Of a DNA stretch of 64,000 nucleotides, positions 60,742-64,000 are shown piece after piece. The notes under the pieces were generated by a model. That model did not search any database. It saw only the letters and a program-made list of their open reading frames with translations, and was not told where the DNA came from. This stretch comes from an uncultured Chloroflexia bacterium (lineage in GTDB: Bacteria > Chloroflexota > Limnocylindria > Limnocylindrales > CSP1-4). The stretch covers positions 141,399-205,398 of the forward strand of contig CAVRHM010000006.1 of NCBI GenBank assembly GCA_963721015.1, written 5' to 3'. Numbering within the stretch: position 1 is the stretch's first letter; each line of letters begins with the position of its first letter. The position numbers were made by a program, and so were the translations under genes.

Positions 60742-62395
60742 ATGCGCAGCCGCCGCATCGACCTCCGTCCGGTTGCCGACGCGCTCCGCATGACGCTGGG
60801 CGATCCGGACCTGCGGCGCCTGGTGATCTCGTGGTTCGCCGTCAACTTCGGCAAGTGGGCGTTCCTGGTCACGAACCTCGTCATCGCCTATACGGCCGGC
60901 GGCGCCTTCGCGGTCGGCGTCATGGGCCTGGCCCGCTACCTGGTCCCGACCGTCCTCGCCCCGTTCGCCGGCCTGCCGGTCGCCCGCTGGTCGGCCGAAC
61001 GGGTGCTCCTGGCGGCCAATGCCGTGCGCGCCCTCGGCGTCTTGCTGGCGGCCGCGGCGGTCGCGGTCGGTGCCCCGATCGAGGTCCTGTACGTGGCCGT
61101 CGCCATCGAGGCCGGCGCCGGGGCATTCACGCGACCGCTGTACATGGCCCTCCTGCCGTGCGTCGCCCGCACGCCCCAACAGCTCATCGCGGCCAACGTC
61201 ACGTCGAGCGCGGCCGAAGGGCTCGGGACGTTCCTGGGTCCGGCGCTCGGCGGCATCCTCCTGGCCACCGTCGGGGCCGTCGGCTCCGACATCGCGGTGT
61301 TCCTCGATCTACCTCGTCGGGCTCGGCGCGCTCGTCGGCCTGCACGTCCCGGTCGTCGGCCGGTCGGATGGCTCGGTGCGGGCCGTGCTCGACCAGATCT
61401 CCGCCGGCGTCCGGACGGTCGCGGCCGTCGCCGGGCCGCGTCTCGTGTTCATCGGCTTCGGCCTCCAGACGTTCGTGCGCGGGCTGCTGACCGTCCTCGT
61501 CGTCGTGGCGGCCATCGACGTCCTGGGGATGGGCGATCCGGGCGTCGGCGCGCTCAACGCGGCGATGGGCCTGGGTGGCCTCGTCGGCGCATTCCTGGCG
61601 GTCATCCTCATGGGCCGCGATCGCCTCGCGCCGGCGTTCGCCGCGGCGATGATCGGCTGGGGTGCCCCCATCGCCGTCATCGGCCTGCTCATCAACCCGG
61701 TCGTGGCCCTCCTCGCGATGCTCGTCATCGGGGTCAGCAACGCGCTCATCGACGTGGCCGGGTTCACCCTCGCCCAGCGGACCTCGCCCAACGACAGCCG
61801 GGTCGCCGTGCTCGGCCTCCTGGACAGTGCCGCCAATGCCGGCGTGGCCCTCGGCGGCATCGTCGCCCCGGTGCTCATCGAGACGCTCGGCGTCCGCGGC
61901 GCGATGATCGTGACCGGCTCCATCCTGCCCATCGCGGCGGTCCTCGTCTGGCCGGCGCTGCGGCGGGTCGACGAAGGCGAGGCGGGCCTGTCCCATCGGT
62001 CGGACCTGGTCCGGGCCGTGCCGATGTTCGCGCCGCTGTCCCTGGCCACGGTCGATCACCTGGCCGGCCGGCTCCAGCCGCTCGACCTCGAGGACGGCGC
62101 CTGGGTCATGCGCCAGGGCGAGGTCGGCGACCGGTTCGTCATCGTCGAAGCGGGCACGCTGGAGGTCTCCCAGGACGACAAGGTGCTGCGCGACGTCGGG
62201 CCGGGCGACGGCGTCGGCGAGATCGCGCTGCTCCGCGACGTCCCGCGGACCGCGTCGGTGCGGGCCATCGGTCCGGTCCAGGCGTGGACCCTGGACCGGT
62301 CGGCGTTCCTGGAGGCGGTGACCGGCCACTCGGTCAGCCGGACCCTCGCGGTCGAGCTCGCCGACGAGCGTCTGGCCACGAGCACGCCAACCTGA
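60742..62395 (+). CDS. MFS transporter fused to a C-terminal cNMP-binding domain, apparent frameshift near 61300
   Basis: TM-rich frame from ATG 60742 ([14 protein letters not shown]), continued in ORF 61019..62395; [14 protein letters not shown]...RTASV. Confidence 0.85.
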
Positions 62396-62460
62396 GGTCG
62401 CTCCGGGTCCCGTTCCGGACATACACTGCGAATCCCCAGCTCGCGTCCCGGAGACCCGTC

Positions 62461-64000
<1,540 letters not shown>

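Overview
High-GC bacterial window; gene content and style suggest Chloroflexota, possibly Limnocylindria-like (inference only). Bases 0.1-21.3 kb hold a Wzy-type surface/extracellular polysaccharide locus: rfbF, three SDR epimerases, a PIG-L deacetylase, Wzz-like, Wzy/WaaL-like, a MurJ-like flippase, GT4/GT2 enzymes, a priming transferase, and a twice-repeated [GINT1-like beta-propeller + beta-helix] module. Bases 21.3-25.3 kb hold a secreted-matrix cluster: TasA-like protein, sipW, a second SipW-type substrate, a Lys-rich secreted protein and a membrane-anchored lysyl oxidase. Next come acyl-CoA metabolism genes, lhgO, an aldehyde dehydrogenase, ppk2, an M11 metalloprotease, a Cys-rich secreted protein, assorted housekeeping genes, and a branched-chain amino acid block (ilvBNC-leuA-leuB-cimA plus a free LeuA regulatory domain, leuCD, ilvD) interleaved with GGDEF-EAL and cNMP-binding proteins. 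Non-coding highlights are two GEMM-I riboswitches (one canonical G20 c-di-GMP type, one A20 candidate 3',3'-cGAMP type), a leader-peptide attenuator before ilvB, and a three-hairpin repeated-loop leader RNA. About ten genes carry single-base frameshifts that look like sequencing indels. No rRNA, tRNA, CRISPR array or transposase was seen.
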